Source of the DNA: Thermodesulfobacteriota bacterium
GTDB lineage: Bacteria; Desulfobacterota_D; UBA1144; Nemesobacterales; UBA2774
Direction of reading: 5' to 3'
Assembly: GCA_965216785.1 (NCBI GenBank)
Contig: OZ244197.1
Coordinates: 1,312,001 to 1,376,000, forward strand
Length of the DNA: 64,000 nucleotides
Shown here: positions 53,012 through 63,774 of the stretch, in pieces
Position numbering within the stretch: position 1 is the stretch's first letter
Layout: each line of letters starts with the position of its first letter
Position numbers and translations under genes: made by a program
Notes under the pieces: generated by a model
The model's database searches: none
What the model saw: the letters and a program-made list of their open reading frames with translations, nothing else
Told to the model about the DNA's origin: nothing

Positions 53012-53467
53012 ATGAAATTCCTTTCTTATATCGTCTTAATTCCCCTGTTATTATTGCTCGCTTGCACAAACTCCCAGAATAAGGAGATCGAACAGGTCCT
53101 GACTGTAAGAGAAGAGGCTCTTGAGTCAAAGAATGCTGATTTGTATCTGACTCTGGTCTCACCGGATTATAGTGAGGAGCGGGACGGTAAGACTCTAGGG
53201 CTTGAAGATATGAAGAAAAATTTTCTTACCAACGTCTCTCTATTTGATGATCTGGAGATTTCTCACTCTGATAGAAGCATATATTTAAAAGAAAATAAAG
53301 CGGATGTGTTTCAGATAACCAAGGTTACAGCTTCGATTAACGACAGCAAAAGCGTGTTCAAATTGAGTGAGAAGATCGCTATTGAGAAGATAGGGGGTAA
53401 ATGGCTTATCGTTAAGGAATCGGACGCCGATTACTTTGACGGGTACGTGTTCGGCGGCAGTAAGTAA
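53012..53467 (+). CDS. NTF2-like lipoprotein
   Basis: Lipobox LLAC, LVSPDY, KIGGKWLI. Confidence 0.7.
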   Translation: MKFLSYIVLIPLLLLLACTNSQNKEIEQVLTVREEALESKNADLYLTLVSPDYSEERDGKTLGLEDMKKNFLTNVSLFDDLEISHSDRSIYLKENKADVFQITKVTASINDSKSVFKLSEKIAIEKIGGKWLIVKESDADYFDGYVFGGSK

Positions 53468-53474
53468 CCCAAAT

Positions 53475-53837
53475 TTACATTCCAAACTGTTTTTCTACTT
53501 GTTCCTGCTCTTCCTTACAGTCAATACAAAGAGTTGTTTCGGGCCTTACTTCGAGCCTGTCTTCCGTAATTTCTTCATCGCAGACTTCACAGATGCCGTA
53601 GCTTCCGTCCTCTGTCCTCTTTATCGCTTCCTGTATCTTTTTTATAAGTTTTCTTTCCCGGTCTCTTTTTCTAAGCTCAATGGTTCTGTTGGATTCGTTA
53701 AGGGCCCTGTCGAGCGGGTCGGGAAAGGTCCCGTCCCCTCGGCTCAAGCTGCTTACCGTATCTTCAGCTATACCCAGGAGGCTGGCTAGTCTTTTGATCA
53801 GTACGTCTCTGTAGTGCTCGCGCTTTCCATTATTCAT
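53475..53837 (-). CDS. dksA: RNA polymerase-binding protein DksA
   Basis: FPDPLDRA (DxxDxA), RDRERKLIKKI, CEVC...CIDC. Confidence 0.9.
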   Translation of the reverse strand: MNNGKREHYRDVLIKRLASLLGIAEDTVSSLSRGDGTFPDPLDRALNESNRTIELRKRDRERKLIKKIQEAIKRTEDGSYGICEVCDEEITEDRLEVRPETTLCIDCKEEQEQVEKQFGM

Positions 53838-53845
53838 ACGGTGAA

Positions 53846-53874
53846 ATTATATCATCTATGGCGAATGCTGTAAA
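53846..53874 (-). promoter_or_regulatory. Sigma70 promoter of dksA (probably leaderless)
   Basis: Minus strand TTTACA-17-TATAAT with extended TG, 8 nt before ATG; no SD. Confidence 0.65.
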
Positions 53875-54026
53875 TCATAAAAAGCTGTGTAGTAGGCATG
53901 AATACTGTGTAAATAGGTGTTACCGCGCCCTTGTTTTTAATAGATATGGGCAAATAGATGTTTTTATAAATACAGTTACTATTATGTGCAGGGCACATAC
54001 TAAATAGCATACAAGAGGCAAAACAT

Positions 54027-54899
54027 TTGAGTAGATTGATACAACTTACGTTCAAGGCGTCCGAAGAGGCTCGCGCGCTTCTCTCGGATTATCTGTTGGG
54101 ACTCGGCTCAGAAGGAGTGGCGGAGGATATCGGGGAGGGGGGTATGTATGATTTCTCGGCCTATTTTCCTATGGACGAGGACCTGGGGGAAGTCATTAAA
54201 GCTCTTAAGGGCTATTTCTCTATACTAAAGGACAGTATGCCGGATATTGAAATAAGCGATATTAAGGCGCGCCAAATACACAGCTCGAGCTGGATGGTGT
54301 GGCGGGAGCTGCTGAATATGGTGCGGGCAGGCAGGAGGATCGTCATTATCCCCCCTTGGGTAGAGCATAGTGCCGTAGATGATGAAATTGTATTAGAGAT
54401 AAACCCCTCGCTTGCTTTCGGCACGGGGCATCACGAGAGCACCAGATTGTGTCTTGCGGGGATCGAAGAGATCATAGACGGGGGCTCGGTCGGGAGTATA
54501 CTTGACGTAGGGTGCGGGAGCGGCATCCTGTCCATTTGCGCAGCGCTTCTCGGAGTGCCGGATATAAGCGGTTTTGACATGGACCCGGTGGCTGTAAAGG
54601 AGTCTCACAAAAACGCCGGGAATAACTCGGTCGGGGGCAAAATAAAGTTCTTTACCGGACTCATTGACAGCGCGGAGGGAAGCTATGACTTAATTGTCGC
54701 TAACGTCTATGTTGAGCCAATACTCTCGATGAAAGAAGCTTTTAGTGAAAGACTCGCCCCCGGCGGGAGCCTGGTTGTCTCGGGTATTCCCGTCTCCCGC
54801 GGTAAGGAGGTTGTAGAGGGGCTCGGCAGTGAAGGGTTTAAAGTGCATAAAGAGCGTACTGAGGGCGATTGGATCTCTTTTGAGCTTAGAAAAGATTAA
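54027..54899 (+). CDS. prmA: 50S ribosomal protein L11 methyltransferase
   Basis: IIPPW, INPSLAFGTGHHEST, LDVGCGSGILS, IVAN. Confidence 0.92.
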   Translation: MSRLIQLTFKASEEARALLSDYLLGLGSEGVAEDIGEGGMYDFSAYFPMDEDLGEVIKALKGYFSILKDSMPDIEISDIKARQIHSSSWMVWRELLNMVRAGRRIVIIPPWVEHSAVDDEIVLEINPSLAFGTGHHESTRLCLAGIEEIIDGGSVGSILDVGCGSGILSICAALLGVPDISGFDMDPVAVKESHKNAGNNSVGGKIKFFTGLIDSAEGSYDLIVANVYVEPILSMKEAFSERLAPGGSLVVSGIPVSRGKEVVEGLGSEGFKVHKERTEGDWISFELRKD

Positions 54900-54991
54900 T
54901 CCCATGTGTTATTTACTAGAATTATTGATATACACGGTGCTCTGAGTAAACTCATAGCCCTTTACTAATACATTTTATCAAGGTGAGTGCA

Positions 54992-56026
54992 ATGTCGTCC
55001 TTTAAAACAATAGAATGGAAAGATGATAAGGTAGTAATGATCGATCAGCGCAAGCTTCCCGGGGAAGAGACCTATAATGAGTACACCACATATGAAGAGG
55101 TAGCTGAGGCCATAAGGAGTATGGTCATAAGGGGCGCGCCCGCGATAGGCGTCGCCGCCGCGATGGGTATTGCAATCGGGGCTCTTCATACGAGTGTATC
55201 TGACAGGGACGAGTTCGTATCTGAGGTTAAGCGGATAGCGGAGGTCATAAAGGGTACAAGACCCACAGCGGTCAATTTGTTCTGGGCGGCGGACAGGATG
55301 CTCGGTGTGCTTGATAATAACGATAAAGATGTCCAGGGGCTTAAGCAGGACCTGGTGGAAGAGGCCAAAAAGGTTCTGGATGAGGATATAGAGACGTGCA
55401 AACGGCTCGGCTACATAGGCTCTGATCTTATCGATGACGGAATGACAGTACTCACTCACTGTAACGCGGGCGCTCTGGCCACCGGTGGCTACGGTACGGC
55501 GCTTGGGGTGATCAGGGCCGCAAGTGAAGCGGGTAAAAAGATAAAAGTTATAGCCACCGAGACAAGACCCTTTCTTCAGGGGGCAAGGCTCACGGCCTGG
55601 GAGCTTGATCAGGACGGGATCCCCGTATCTCTGATTACCGATAACATGGTCGGGCATATGATGAGCAGGGGAGTAGTGGACGCCGTCGTACTGGGCGCCG
55701 ACCGGATTGCGTCGAACGGTGATGTGGCCAACAAGATCGGGACCTACACAATCTCGGTGCTCGCTAAATCTCACGGTATACCGTTTTACGTCGCGGCTCC
55801 CGTGTCAACTATCGATTACGAGTGTCCTGACGGTTTGAGCATCCCTATTGAAGAAAGAGACCGCAGTGAGGTGACGCACATAAGGGGAGCTAAGATAGCC
55901 CCGGACGTAGACGTTTTTAATCCTGCGTTTGATATTACGCCAGCCGGCAATGTAAAATCGATAATCACAGAGGCCGGGATTGCCCGGGAGCCTTACAAAG
56001 AGACGCTTAAGGGATTAAAGAAATAG
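54992..56026 (+). CDS. mtnA: S-methyl-5-thioribose-1-phosphate isomerase
   Basis: [49 protein letters not shown]. Confidence 0.95.
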   Translation: MSSFKTIEWKDDKVVMIDQRKLPGEETYNEYTTYEEVAEAIRSMVIRGAPAIGVAAAMGIAIGALHTSVSDRDEFVSEVKRIAEVIKGTRPTAVNLFWAADRMLGVLDNNDKDVQGLKQDLVEEAKKVLDEDIETCKRLGYIGSDLIDDGMTVLTHCNAGALATGGYGTALGVIRAASEAGKKIKVIATETRPFLQGARLTAWELDQDGIPVSLITDNMVGHMMSRGVVDAVVLGADRIASNGDVANKIGTYTISVLAKSHGIPFYVAAPVSTIDYECPDGLSIPIEERDRSEVTHIRGAKIAPDVDVFNPAFDITPAGNVKSIITEAGIAREPYKETLKGLKK

Positions 56027-56038
56027 CATTTTCCAAGA

Positions 56039-56428
56039 TTAACCCCTTTCAAGGTCTTCCTGACAGGACAGGCATAGTTTTGTGAATAGCATGGCGCTCA
56101 GTCTTTCTTTGTCGATTTCCTCATCGCATGACTCGCATACGCCGTAGGTGCCTGCTTCGATTCTTTTGAGCGCGTCGTCAACTAAGGTGAGCTTTTCCCT
56201 CTCTCTGTCCGCAAGCATGAGAGCGAGCTCACGGTCCCTGTCGCTTGAGGCATGGTCATAGAAATCGCCTATATCGTGCTTAAGATGGTCCGATTCCGCG
56301 CGCATGGACTGCGATACTTCCTGAAGGAGCTCCTTTCTCATCTGCAGGAGCTGCTCTTTGATTTGGTTCTTCCAGGTTCTTTTGGGCTTCCTGGTTTGTT
56401 TTTTCTTAGTTTCTTTAGCTTTAGCCAT
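56039..56428 (-). CDS. TraR/DksA family transcriptional regulator (second paralogue)
   Basis: GDFYDHA, GTYGVCESC...ERL..LCLSC. Confidence 0.88.
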   Translation of the reverse strand: MAKAKETKKKQTRKPKRTWKNQIKEQLLQMRKELLQEVSQSMRAESDHLKHDIGDFYDHASSDRDRELALMLADREREKLTLVDDALKRIEAGTYGVCESCDEEIDKERLSAMLFTKLCLSCQEDLERG

Positions 56429-56756
56429 CTGAAGGATGTTTCTCCCTGAGAGTTTGATTGTTAACGTACAGCTTGAGATAAATGCTTAGAAACTACACAT
56501 TAATTGATGCTAAGAGATACTGTAACTAACCGCCACAACACAATATACAGCCGAAATCCCGCTTCTCCGCTTATCCCCGAAGGGTATATTAAGATAAGTA
56601 CATAAAACAGTTTGTCAAGTCCCGATATTAAAGCGGGTTCTTATCGCGCGCGCGGGCTCCTGTATTCAGCGTACGGTCCCAGGCGGCAGTTGCTGTCCGT
56701 CTTGCGTAAAAATATTAATTGCTTAAAATAACGTAGCTGAGGTTCAGGAAGCTCAT

Positions 56757-58310
56757 ATGAGAAACTCGATAACCGGCGCGCGCGATCTATGGAAATCCAG
56801 AACAGGTCTCATACTTGCCATGGCCGGAGCGGCTATTGGTCTTGGCAACTTTCTACGCTTTCCGGTACAGGCGGCTGAAAACGGCGGCGGCGCATTCATG
56901 GTGCCCTATATCATCGCGTTTTTTCTCGTCGGAATACCGCTTATGTGGGCTGAATGGGCAATGGGGCGGTACGGAGGGCAGAGAGGGCACGGTACGACTC
57001 CAAAGGTGTTTGAGCTTTTGTGGAAGCATCCGGCAGCGAAATTCGTCGGGGTGCTCGGTCTTTGGATCCCGCTTGTAGTTTCGATCTATTACATATATAT
57101 AGAGTCCTGGACGCTTGGATACTCGATTCATTTCCTTCTGGGCTCATCCCCAAAGCTTGCAGACGGGGCTTACTCGGCTCAGGAGTATGTGGAGCCTTTC
57201 AGTAACTTTTTGGGCTCCTATATCGGCTCCTCGGAGGGCGGGAGTTTTTTTAGTCCCTCTCTGATGGCCTACGGCGCGTTCGCCGCTACGCTCGCGGCTA
57301 ACTTTTACATACTGCTAAGGGGTATTTCACGGGGTGTGGAGATTTTCGCGAAATTCGCTCTGCCGGTGCTTTTTATCATGGCGCTGGTACTTTTGGTTCG
57401 CGTGCTCACCATTAAAACCCCAAGCGGCACCGCGTGGGACGGGCTGAATTTCCTGTGGAACCCCGATTTCAGGGCTCTTATGAACCCTGGGGTATGGGTA
57501 GCGGCCGCGGGACAGATATTCTTTACCCTGAGCCTAGGGTTCGGGGCAATGATTACATACGCTTCCTACATAAAGCCCAAACAGGATATCGCGCTTACGG
57601 GTCTTACCTCGGCTACCCTTAACGAGACGGCTGAGATTGTGTTGGGAGGTACAATCGCAATACCCGCCGCTGTGGCTTTCTTCGGAATAGCCGGTGCTGT
57701 TTCCATAGCGCAGTCGGGCGCGTTCAGTCTAGGGTTTATAAGCCTCCCCGCTATATTCGCAAGTATGCCCGCGGGACAATTCCTTGGGTTTTTGTGGTTC
57801 TTTCTTCTCTTTTTTGCAGCACTCACATCTTCTGTCTCAATCACTCAGCCGGTGATCACATTTTTTCAGGACGAGTTCGGTATCAGGAGATCGAGCTCTG
57901 TGATAATAACAATGCTCATAATGTGCGTCAGTGTTTTAATGGTGATATTCGTAAACCAAACGCTTGACGAGTGGGACTTCTGGGCGGGCACGATAGGGGT
58001 GGTGCTTCTGGGGTTCTTGGAAATACTGATCTTTATGTGGGCTTTTGGAGGCGAGAAGGCCTGGGCCGAGATAAACCGCGACGGATTAATTAAGGTGCCC
58101 CGGTTTTTCTACTATATACTCCGCTACGTTACACCATTGTTTTTGCTTATAATACTGGCTTGGTGGAGCGTCGAGCTTTTGCCTAATCAGCTTCAGAAAA
58201 CAAGCTGGACCATTTGGGCCTCTCGCGCTTACCTGGTATTTCTCTTTTTATTTCTGGGTGTTATGGTATTTATAGCCAACAGGAGGAATTCCCGCAACAA
58301 TGGAGCTTGA
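56757..58310 (+). CDS. Sodium-dependent transporter, NSS/SNF (LeuT-like) family
   Basis: [43 protein letters not shown]. Confidence 0.93.
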   Translation: MRNSITGARDLWKSRTGLILAMAGAAIGLGNFLRFPVQAAENGGGAFMVPYIIAFFLVGIPLMWAEWAMGRYGGQRGHGTTPKVFELLWKHPAAKFVGVLGLWIPLVVSIYYIYIESWTLGYSIHFLLGSSPKLADGAYSAQEYVEPFSNFLGSYIGSSEGGSFFSPSLMAYGAFAATLAANFYILLRGISRGVEIFAKFALPVLFIMALVLLVRVLTIKTPSGTAWDGLNFLWNPDFRALMNPGVWVAAAGQIFFTLSLGFGAMITYASYIKPKQDIALTGLTSATLNETAEIVLGGTIAIPAAVAFFGIAGAVSIAQSGAFSLGFISLPAIFASMPAGQFLGFLWFFLLFFAALTSSVSITQPVITFFQDEFGIRRSSSVIITMLIMCVSVLMVIFVNQTLDEWDFWAGTIGVVLLGFLEILIFMWAFGGEKAWAEINRDGLIKVPRFFYYILRYVTPLFLLIILAWWSVELLPNQLQKTSWTIWASRAYLVFLFLFLGVMVFIANRRNSRNNGA

Positions 58311-58401
58311 CGCGCTTTTATTCATGCTGTTTTCCTGGGGATTTGCGCTCGGGATATTAACTTTTTGCGTAGTGACCCTTTCTAAGCACAGAGGGGAGTG
58401 A
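58300..58401 (+). CDS. 33 aa single-TM protein, MetS-like NSS transporter small subunit (not in ORF track)
   Basis: [33 protein letters not shown]; overlaps the transporter stop; aggagg upstream; followed by hairpin 58402-58427. Confidence 0.7.
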   Translation: MELDALLFMLFSWGFALGILTFCVVTLSKHRGE

Positions 58402-58436
58402 CTTACGCTTGCCATGCGAGGCGTAAGAGCCTGTCC

Positions 58437-59231
58437 TTACTGCTTGTAAAACTTCTTCTCCCACTCTTTGTGTTTTCCTTCGGCCTCTTTAATGAAAGGC
58501 GCAAATGCCGCGGCGTTGACCACAAGGTCGTTTAGAAGATTGAACGGGAATTTAACGGGTCGCACGAAGTCCACGAATAAAACGGCCCTGAAGCCGTCCG
58601 TATCGTTCCAGACCTGGTGAAAGTACGTGTCGTCGAATATAATGCTTTCCCCTTCGTCCCAGTTCTTTATCTCTTTGTCTATCTGTATGCGGCATTTCTC
58701 TTTAGGCTGGGGCACAAGTAGTCCCAGATGGTAACGGAGAACTCCGTTATAAGGGCCTTTGTGGAGCGGAATATGCTTGTTCGGAGAAAGTATGGAGAAG
58801 AATGCCGTTTTCATGCCCGGGATCTTATTCAGAAGCTTTGTGGTCTCGGGGCACCTTTTGGCGTTCTCTTCGCTCGCCAGACCGTATCCTGCGAGAAAAT
58901 AGGTCTTCCACATGTTGTCTGAGGTTATGGTTGTTACCTGAGGCATAATATCGTGAAAACTCGGGAGGTCTTCACGTCTTTCCATGACCGCGTCGAGCTC
59001 TTTACGTATAACCTCCCAGTTCTTCTCGAGCTCAAGCGCCCAAGGGAAGGTTTTATTTTCATATATCGGGGGGTTGCCGTGTTTTGCAAATTTGACGTTT
59101 GTTTTTTCAACCATCCGGAGAAAGGCCGATATTAGTCCGGGTGCAAATTCCTTTTGGTCATAATCGGCGGGAGAGGGCTTTTCTCTTTCCTCGCCTACTT
59201 CCAGCTTTATGTCTTCATTTTTATCGCTCAT
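58437..59231 (-). CDS. Aspartyl/asparaginyl beta-hydroxylase domain protein (LpxO/OlsC-like)
   Basis: FSILSP..HIPLHKGPY.G.LRYHLGL, FDDTYFH.VWN, RAVLFVD. Confidence 0.85.
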   Translation of the reverse strand: MSDKNEDIKLEVGEEREKPSPADYDQKEFAPGLISAFLRMVEKTNVKFAKHGNPPIYENKTFPWALELEKNWEVIRKELDAVMERREDLPSFHDIMPQVTTITSDNMWKTYFLAGYGLASEENAKRCPETTKLLNKIPGMKTAFFSILSPNKHIPLHKGPYNGVLRYHLGLLVPQPKEKCRIQIDKEIKNWDEGESIIFDDTYFHQVWNDTDGFRAVLFVDFVRPVKFPFNLLNDLVVNAAAFAPFIKEAEGKHKEWEKKFYKQ

Positions 59232-59253
59232 GGTTCTTATCCCCGTTGCGTAT

Positions 59254-60591
59254 TTATTTTAATGTGTTCGTATCTGGATTAATTCTCCTGAGTTTAAGTA
59301 TATCCTCTAATTGGTGCAATAAAAACATTACCGCTCCGAGCGTCGTGGCCCCGAGTACCCAGGGGTAACCGCCGAATATCGCGAGCCCTAAAAACGCGAG
59401 AGAATATACGTTCCTTCGGCCCATAGGGCGCACAATCTTGATAAGCTTACGCATGAATGAAGTCTTCTTTACCTCTACGAGCTTATCCACTTCAAAATAT
59501 GCTACCAGGCTCCCCGAATTTGTATACCTTGTGAGGAAATAAAACGACCAAATTACGAAAAATACGAAAATCGATACGTTTATCCCACCCAGAACAAGAG
59601 CGATCTGAGCTCCTGACGTATAGTAATAGCCTATGGGAACACCTATGAGGAATGAAAGCATCGTAAACTGATCCGAAATGGTATCCACCCACTCGCCTTT
59701 CTTGGTCTCCATGAGCTTAACGCGCGCGACCTCTCCGTCGCAGCGGTCGAGTATGGTCGCCGCGTGCAGGCAGAGCGCTCCTATGACCGGGTGGCCTATT
59801 GCGTAGAACACTCCGCAAAGGGCCCCTATAACGTTAATAAGAACGCTTATCATGTTGGGAGTGAGCGGGGTTTTTATGAGAAGCCTGCTTGTGGGAAGGG
59901 AAAACTTGCTATTAATATTTCTGGATATCCACCCTGTAGCCGTTTTGCCCACGGTCGTGAATATCAGGTCTTCCGCTCTTTTCGGCGCGTCCTCCGCCGA
60001 GTCGAGCCTCATCCAGTAGCCGTTCTCGAATCTTTTGTAGCGCACCTTATCCCTTGGTACGAGCTCCTCTACGAGGTTCTTTATAGACATTGAGTTCGTA
60101 ACGGCTTTGTCGAGAAGGGTGTGTGAGGCGATAAACGCCCCTACGGCTCTGCCACCGGTGCTGAACAAGTCGGACACTACTCCAGTGTCTCCCTTAATCC
60201 AGGCGTCTCCCTCCATATCGACCAGGACAGCGATTTCGTCCTCTTTTATATCCTGCCCGCTTTCCTCTGTATCTATGAAGCTCTTTAGCGCTTTTGGAGT
60301 TGTAAGGAGGTTTGACTGAAGAACCAGCGAAGGGCCTTGTTCTGCAGGCAGCTCGGTGCCTAGCTCGTGCCACCTGATTTCACTTTCTATCCTTTTGTCG
60401 CCGTATAGCAGATTTTTTAGGGAATGGTCACCTGGCCGGGTGATTATGGTAAAGATTTTTATCCCGGCTCTTTGGGCGGTAATTACAAGACGTTTTATCT
60501 GTGGGAGAGCCCCGAATACTTCTGACCCGTGGGAGCTCAAACTTTCATCTTCTATACCCGTTCCTGCTGCAACAAGTATTGCATGGTCCAT
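59254..60591 (-). CDS. CDP-alcohol phosphotransferase fused to a degenerate nucleotidyltransferase domain
   Basis: TPN.IS, DRCDGEVAR...GEWVDTISD motif; N-terminal AILVAAG lacks the G.RL..PK signature. Confidence 0.83.
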   Translation of the reverse strand: MDHAILVAAGTGIEDESLSSHGSEVFGALPQIKRLVITAQRAGIKIFTIITRPGDHSLKNLLYGDKRIESEIRWHELGTELPAEQGPSLVLQSNLLTTPKALKSFIDTEESGQDIKEDEIAVLVDMEGDAWIKGDTGVVSDLFSTGGRAVGAFIASHTLLDKAVTNSMSIKNLVEELVPRDKVRYKRFENGYWMRLDSAEDAPKRAEDLIFTTVGKTATGWISRNINSKFSLPTSRLLIKTPLTPNMISVLINVIGALCGVFYAIGHPVIGALCLHAATILDRCDGEVARVKLMETKKGEWVDTISDQFTMLSFLIGVPIGYYYTSGAQIALVLGGINVSIFVFFVIWSFYFLTRYTNSGSLVAYFEVDKLVEVKKTSFMRKLIKIVRPMGRRNVYSLAFLGLAIFGGYPWVLGATTLGAVMFLLHQLEDILKLRRINPDTNTLK

Positions 60592-60598
60592 TTTTTTA

Positions 60599-61372
60599 TC
60601 AGTTCGTTTCTACAACTCTGAGGACCCTTTCCTGATAAGACTTTTTAATGAACTTATCCGAGTTGAATCTGGCTTTAAATAAGTCGTTTGGGTAATCAAC
60701 GTCCATCCAGAACAGATCCCCTATGTCGAGCGACTTTACTTTGTATCCTTTTTTGATAAGCCTGTGAATTGCGGAAATATACCATTTGTTCTCTGCACCG
60801 CCGGTCCTCATCTCTTCCTCTATACCCCTCCGCATGAGTTCGACGCCTGTATCTCTGAACACCCTCACTCCCACGGATTCCGCGGAAGCCCGGTTGGTCA
60901 GGGCCTTGCTTATGTTTACAATTTTACTCTCTTTAATCTCGACTTTCATATCCTCGTCTTCATAAGCGGATTTACGCTTAACCGGAAGACAAATCTTCTC
61001 GTCCCTCATACGGAGCGCCTGCTCGAGCACCTCTATCTCAAACACATCGTCCCCGTTCATGACCACTATGTCGTCGTCCATCTCTCCCCTGGCTATCCAT
61101 AGCGAAATCAGGCTGTTTGTAGTCTGGTAAAACGGGTTGTACAGGGTTTTTATTCTCATTCCGAGCCCGTCATAGTTGCGGAGAAAGTTCTCGACCTTCT
61201 CAAAACCAAATCCCACTACGATCACCACCTCGTCAATACCGCAGTCACGTATATGGTTTATCTGGTGCTCCAGAATAGTTTCTCCACCTATATCAAGCAA
61301 ACACTTTGGGATATATTTTGTGTAAGGGTAGAGCCTTTTTCCTCTACCGGCTGCAAGTATGACCGCTTTCAT
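60599..61372 (-). CDS. Cytidylyltransferase (LicC/IPCT-like)
   Basis: ILAAGRGKRL...PKCL, NPFY.TTNS..SL, NGD, EDMKV, WMDVDYPND. Confidence 0.85.
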   Translation of the reverse strand: MKAVILAAGRGKRLYPYTKYIPKCLLDIGGETILEHQINHIRDCGIDEVVIVVGFGFEKVENFLRNYDGLGMRIKTLYNPFYQTTNSLISLWIARGEMDDDIVVMNGDDVFEIEVLEQALRMRDEKICLPVKRKSAYEDEDMKVEIKESKIVNISKALTNRASAESVGVRVFRDTGVELMRRGIEEEMRTGGAENKWYISAIHRLIKKGYKVKSLDIGDLFWMDVDYPNDLFKARFNSDKFIKKSYQERVLRVVETN

Positions 61373-61690
61373 GTTCTCTTCTCCGCTTTAGAAGGATATA
61401 TTCGATGCCGTAAAAAACTTCAGAAAGACTATGGGGAGTGTGAATTGAATACATCTTCACCTCCTTTTCCTCCCTTTAATACTAGCTACAATTTATAACC
61501 TCATTAAGACCTTCTGTCAATATTTCTGATGTAATTTATGCTGTTAAGCTTCATATTTTAACTAAATTCTCGAAATTCCAGTGCTTGATTGTAAAAACGC
61601 CGCGCCTGCCGACTTTCATTCTTACTGGCTAATTATATGGCCGTATGCTGATACTCTACTTTAAAATAAGCTCTTTATCAACTGACACTA

Positions 61691-62080
61691 TTAACTTTTC
61701 GCCACTCTCAGTTGACCTGTATCGGGTTTTATATCTTTTATCTTATTAGCGTCGTCTACATATACGAGCTTGGGCGCGTGGGATTTGCATTCCTCTTCGT
61801 CGTACGAAGAGAAGCTCGCTATGATGAGAATGTCGCCCTTCGTGGCAAGGTGCGCGGCGGCCCCGTTTACGCATATCTCACCCGAGCCCCGCTCTCCCTC
61901 GATCACATAGGTCACAAGTCTGTTCCCGTTTGTAATATTAAATATGTGTACCTGCTCGTAGTGATAGAAGTCGGCTGCGTCCATAAGGTCACGGTCTATC
62001 GTGACGCTCCCCTCGTACTCGAGGTCAGCTTCTGTTACCGTCGCTCTGTGTATTTTAGACTTAAGAAGTGTTCTGTGCAT
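61691..62080 (-). CDS. panD: Aspartate 1-decarboxylase
   Basis: [29 protein letters not shown]. Confidence 0.97.
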   Translation of the reverse strand: MHRTLLKSKIHRATVTEADLEYEGSVTIDRDLMDAADFYHYEQVHIFNITNGNRLVTYVIEGERGSGEICVNGAAAHLATKGDILIIASFSSYDEEECKSHAPKLVYVDDANKIKDIKPDTGQLRVAKS

Positions 62081-62105
62081 ATCTCTCCCTCGTGAAAATA
62101 ATAAT

Positions 62106-62963
62106 TTAAAGAATGATGTTATCGATGAGCCTGGCTCCTCCCACTCTAGCGGCCACCGCGGCTACGTCTCCGCGGGCGGCTTGTTTCTTGTTCTCGAGCG
62201 TTTCCCCGTCCCTAATTTCCAGATAATCTATGTCCTCTATAGATGACTGCTCAAGCACCTTTTTAGCTCTGTCCACCAGGTTACCGGTCTCGTGATTCCC
62301 GTTTGCAAATTGTGTTTTAATCTCCAGGAGCGCCCTTGAAAGACAAAGCGCCCTCTGGCGGTCTTTATCGCTTAGGTACGCGTTTCTGGAGCTCATCGCA
62401 AGCCCCGTCTGCTCCCTCACGATAGGAAGCCCTATGATCTCGATATCAAGATCGAGGTCCCTTACCATCCTCTGTATTACCTTTAGCTGCTGATAGTCCT
62501 TTTGCCCGAACACGGCAATGTCCGCCTTGACTATATTAAAGAGTTTAAGCACCACTGTGGCAACACCCTTGAAGTGCCCCGGACGAAACGCTCCGCAGAG
62601 CGGCTTTTGGAGCTCCTCCACCTCCACGTATGTCTGAAACCCCGGTGGATAGATCTCCTCCGGCCCGGGTATAAACACAGAGTCTACGCCGATGCCCTCC
62701 ATCTTCTCAAGGTCTCCCTCTCTGTCCCTCGCGTACTTTTCATAATCCTCCCCCGGGCCGAACTGCGCCGGGTTTACGAATATGCTCACGACCAGTACGT
62801 CCGCCCTCTTGCGCGCCTCTCTCATGAGGCTAAGGTGTCCCTCGTGCAATGCGCCCATCGTGGGTACTAGAGCAATAGACTTACCGGCCTTTCTGAGCGC
62901 GTTTGAGTACGCCTTCATCTCCGCCGCGGATTCGATTACGGTGATAGCGCTCTTATTAGTCAT
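62106..62963 (-). CDS. panC: Pantoate-beta-alanine ligase
   Basis: [42 protein letters not shown]. Confidence 0.97.
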   Translation of the reverse strand: MTNKSAITVIESAAEMKAYSNALRKAGKSIALVPTMGALHEGHLSLMREARKRADVLVVSIFVNPAQFGPGEDYEKYARDREGDLEKMEGIGVDSVFIPGPEEIYPPGFQTYVEVEELQKPLCGAFRPGHFKGVATVVLKLFNIVKADIAVFGQKDYQQLKVIQRMVRDLDLDIEIIGLPIVREQTGLAMSSRNAYLSDKDRQRALCLSRALLEIKTQFANGNHETGNLVDRAKKVLEQSSIEDIDYLEIRDGETLENKKQAARGDVAAVAARVGGARLIDNIIL

Positions 62964-63756
62964 ATGAATGAGCCTCTTCAGGGAAGGTTCCCTGTCTTAC
63001 CTCACTTATAAACTCTTTTGTAGCGTTTTCCATTGTTTCTCTTACGTTTGCGTACTTCTTTACGAATTTTGGCATAGGCTCGGGGGACAGTCCGACGAGA
63101 TCGTTAATTACGAGCACCTGGCCGTCGCACTCGGGGCCCGCTCCGATTCCTATTGTGGGGATTCTGATCGAGTCCGTAATCTCCGCCGCGAGCCTTCTGG
63201 GGATGCTTTCGAGTACTATCGCGTACGCCCCGGCTTCTTCTGCCTTTTTCGCGAGCTCCTTGAGCTCCTCTGCGTCTTCTGTATCACGTCCCTGTATCTT
63301 GTAGCCGCCCATTTTGTGTACGTCCTGAGGGCGTAGGCCGATGTGCCCCATAACGGGTATGCCTATTTTCTGTATTTCATATATCGTATCTAGGAAGTCC
63401 TCGGTGGTCTCGAGCTTAACGGATCCGGCTCCTGCTTCCTTTATGAACCTGGAGGCGTTTCTCACCGCTTCCTCAGTTGAGAGCTGGTAGGACATAAACG
63501 GCATATCGGCGCAGATGTGCGCGTTGTGGGCGCCCCTGGATACGAGCTTGGTATGGTACACCATCTCGTCCACCGTAACGGAAAGAGTATTGGGCATCCC
63601 CTGTACGACGTTTCCGAGAGAGTCTCCGACGAGGATAATATCCACCCCGGCCTCATCTACTATCCGGGCCGTCCCCGCGTCATAAGCCGTTACCATGACG
63701 ACTTTGTCGCCCCGCTTTTTCATCTCCCGTATTTCAGGCACCGTAATTTTATTCAT
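62956..63756 (-). CDS. panB: 3-methyl-2-oxobutanoate hydroxymethyltransferase
   Basis: MVTAYD, LVGDSLG, ADMPF, GHIGL.PQ, IGIGAG..CDGQ; likely start ATG 63756. Confidence 0.97.
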   Translation of the reverse strand: MNKITVPEIREMKKRGDKVVMVTAYDAGTARIVDEAGVDIILVGDSLGNVVQGMPNTLSVTVDEMVYHTKLVSRGAHNAHICADMPFMSYQLSTEEAVRNASRFIKEAGAGSVKLETTEDFLDTIYEIQKIGIPVMGHIGLRPQDVHKMGGYKIQGRDTEDAEELKELAKKAEEAGAYAIVLESIPRRLAAEITDSIRIPTIGIGAGPECDGQVLVINDLVGLSPEPMPKFVKKYANVRETMENATKEFISEVRQGTFPEEAHSYD

Positions 63757-63774
63757 ATACGCTCTCTTTAAAAT

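Noticed and set aside
54965-55774. 269 aa minus-strand ORF
   Set aside because: Antisense to mtnA with no recognisable motifs
56630-56710. GC-rich stretch starting ttcttatc upstream of the NSS transporter, possible SAM-I riboswitch
   Set aside because: Lacks the SAM-I core elements and a downstream closing GATAA strand
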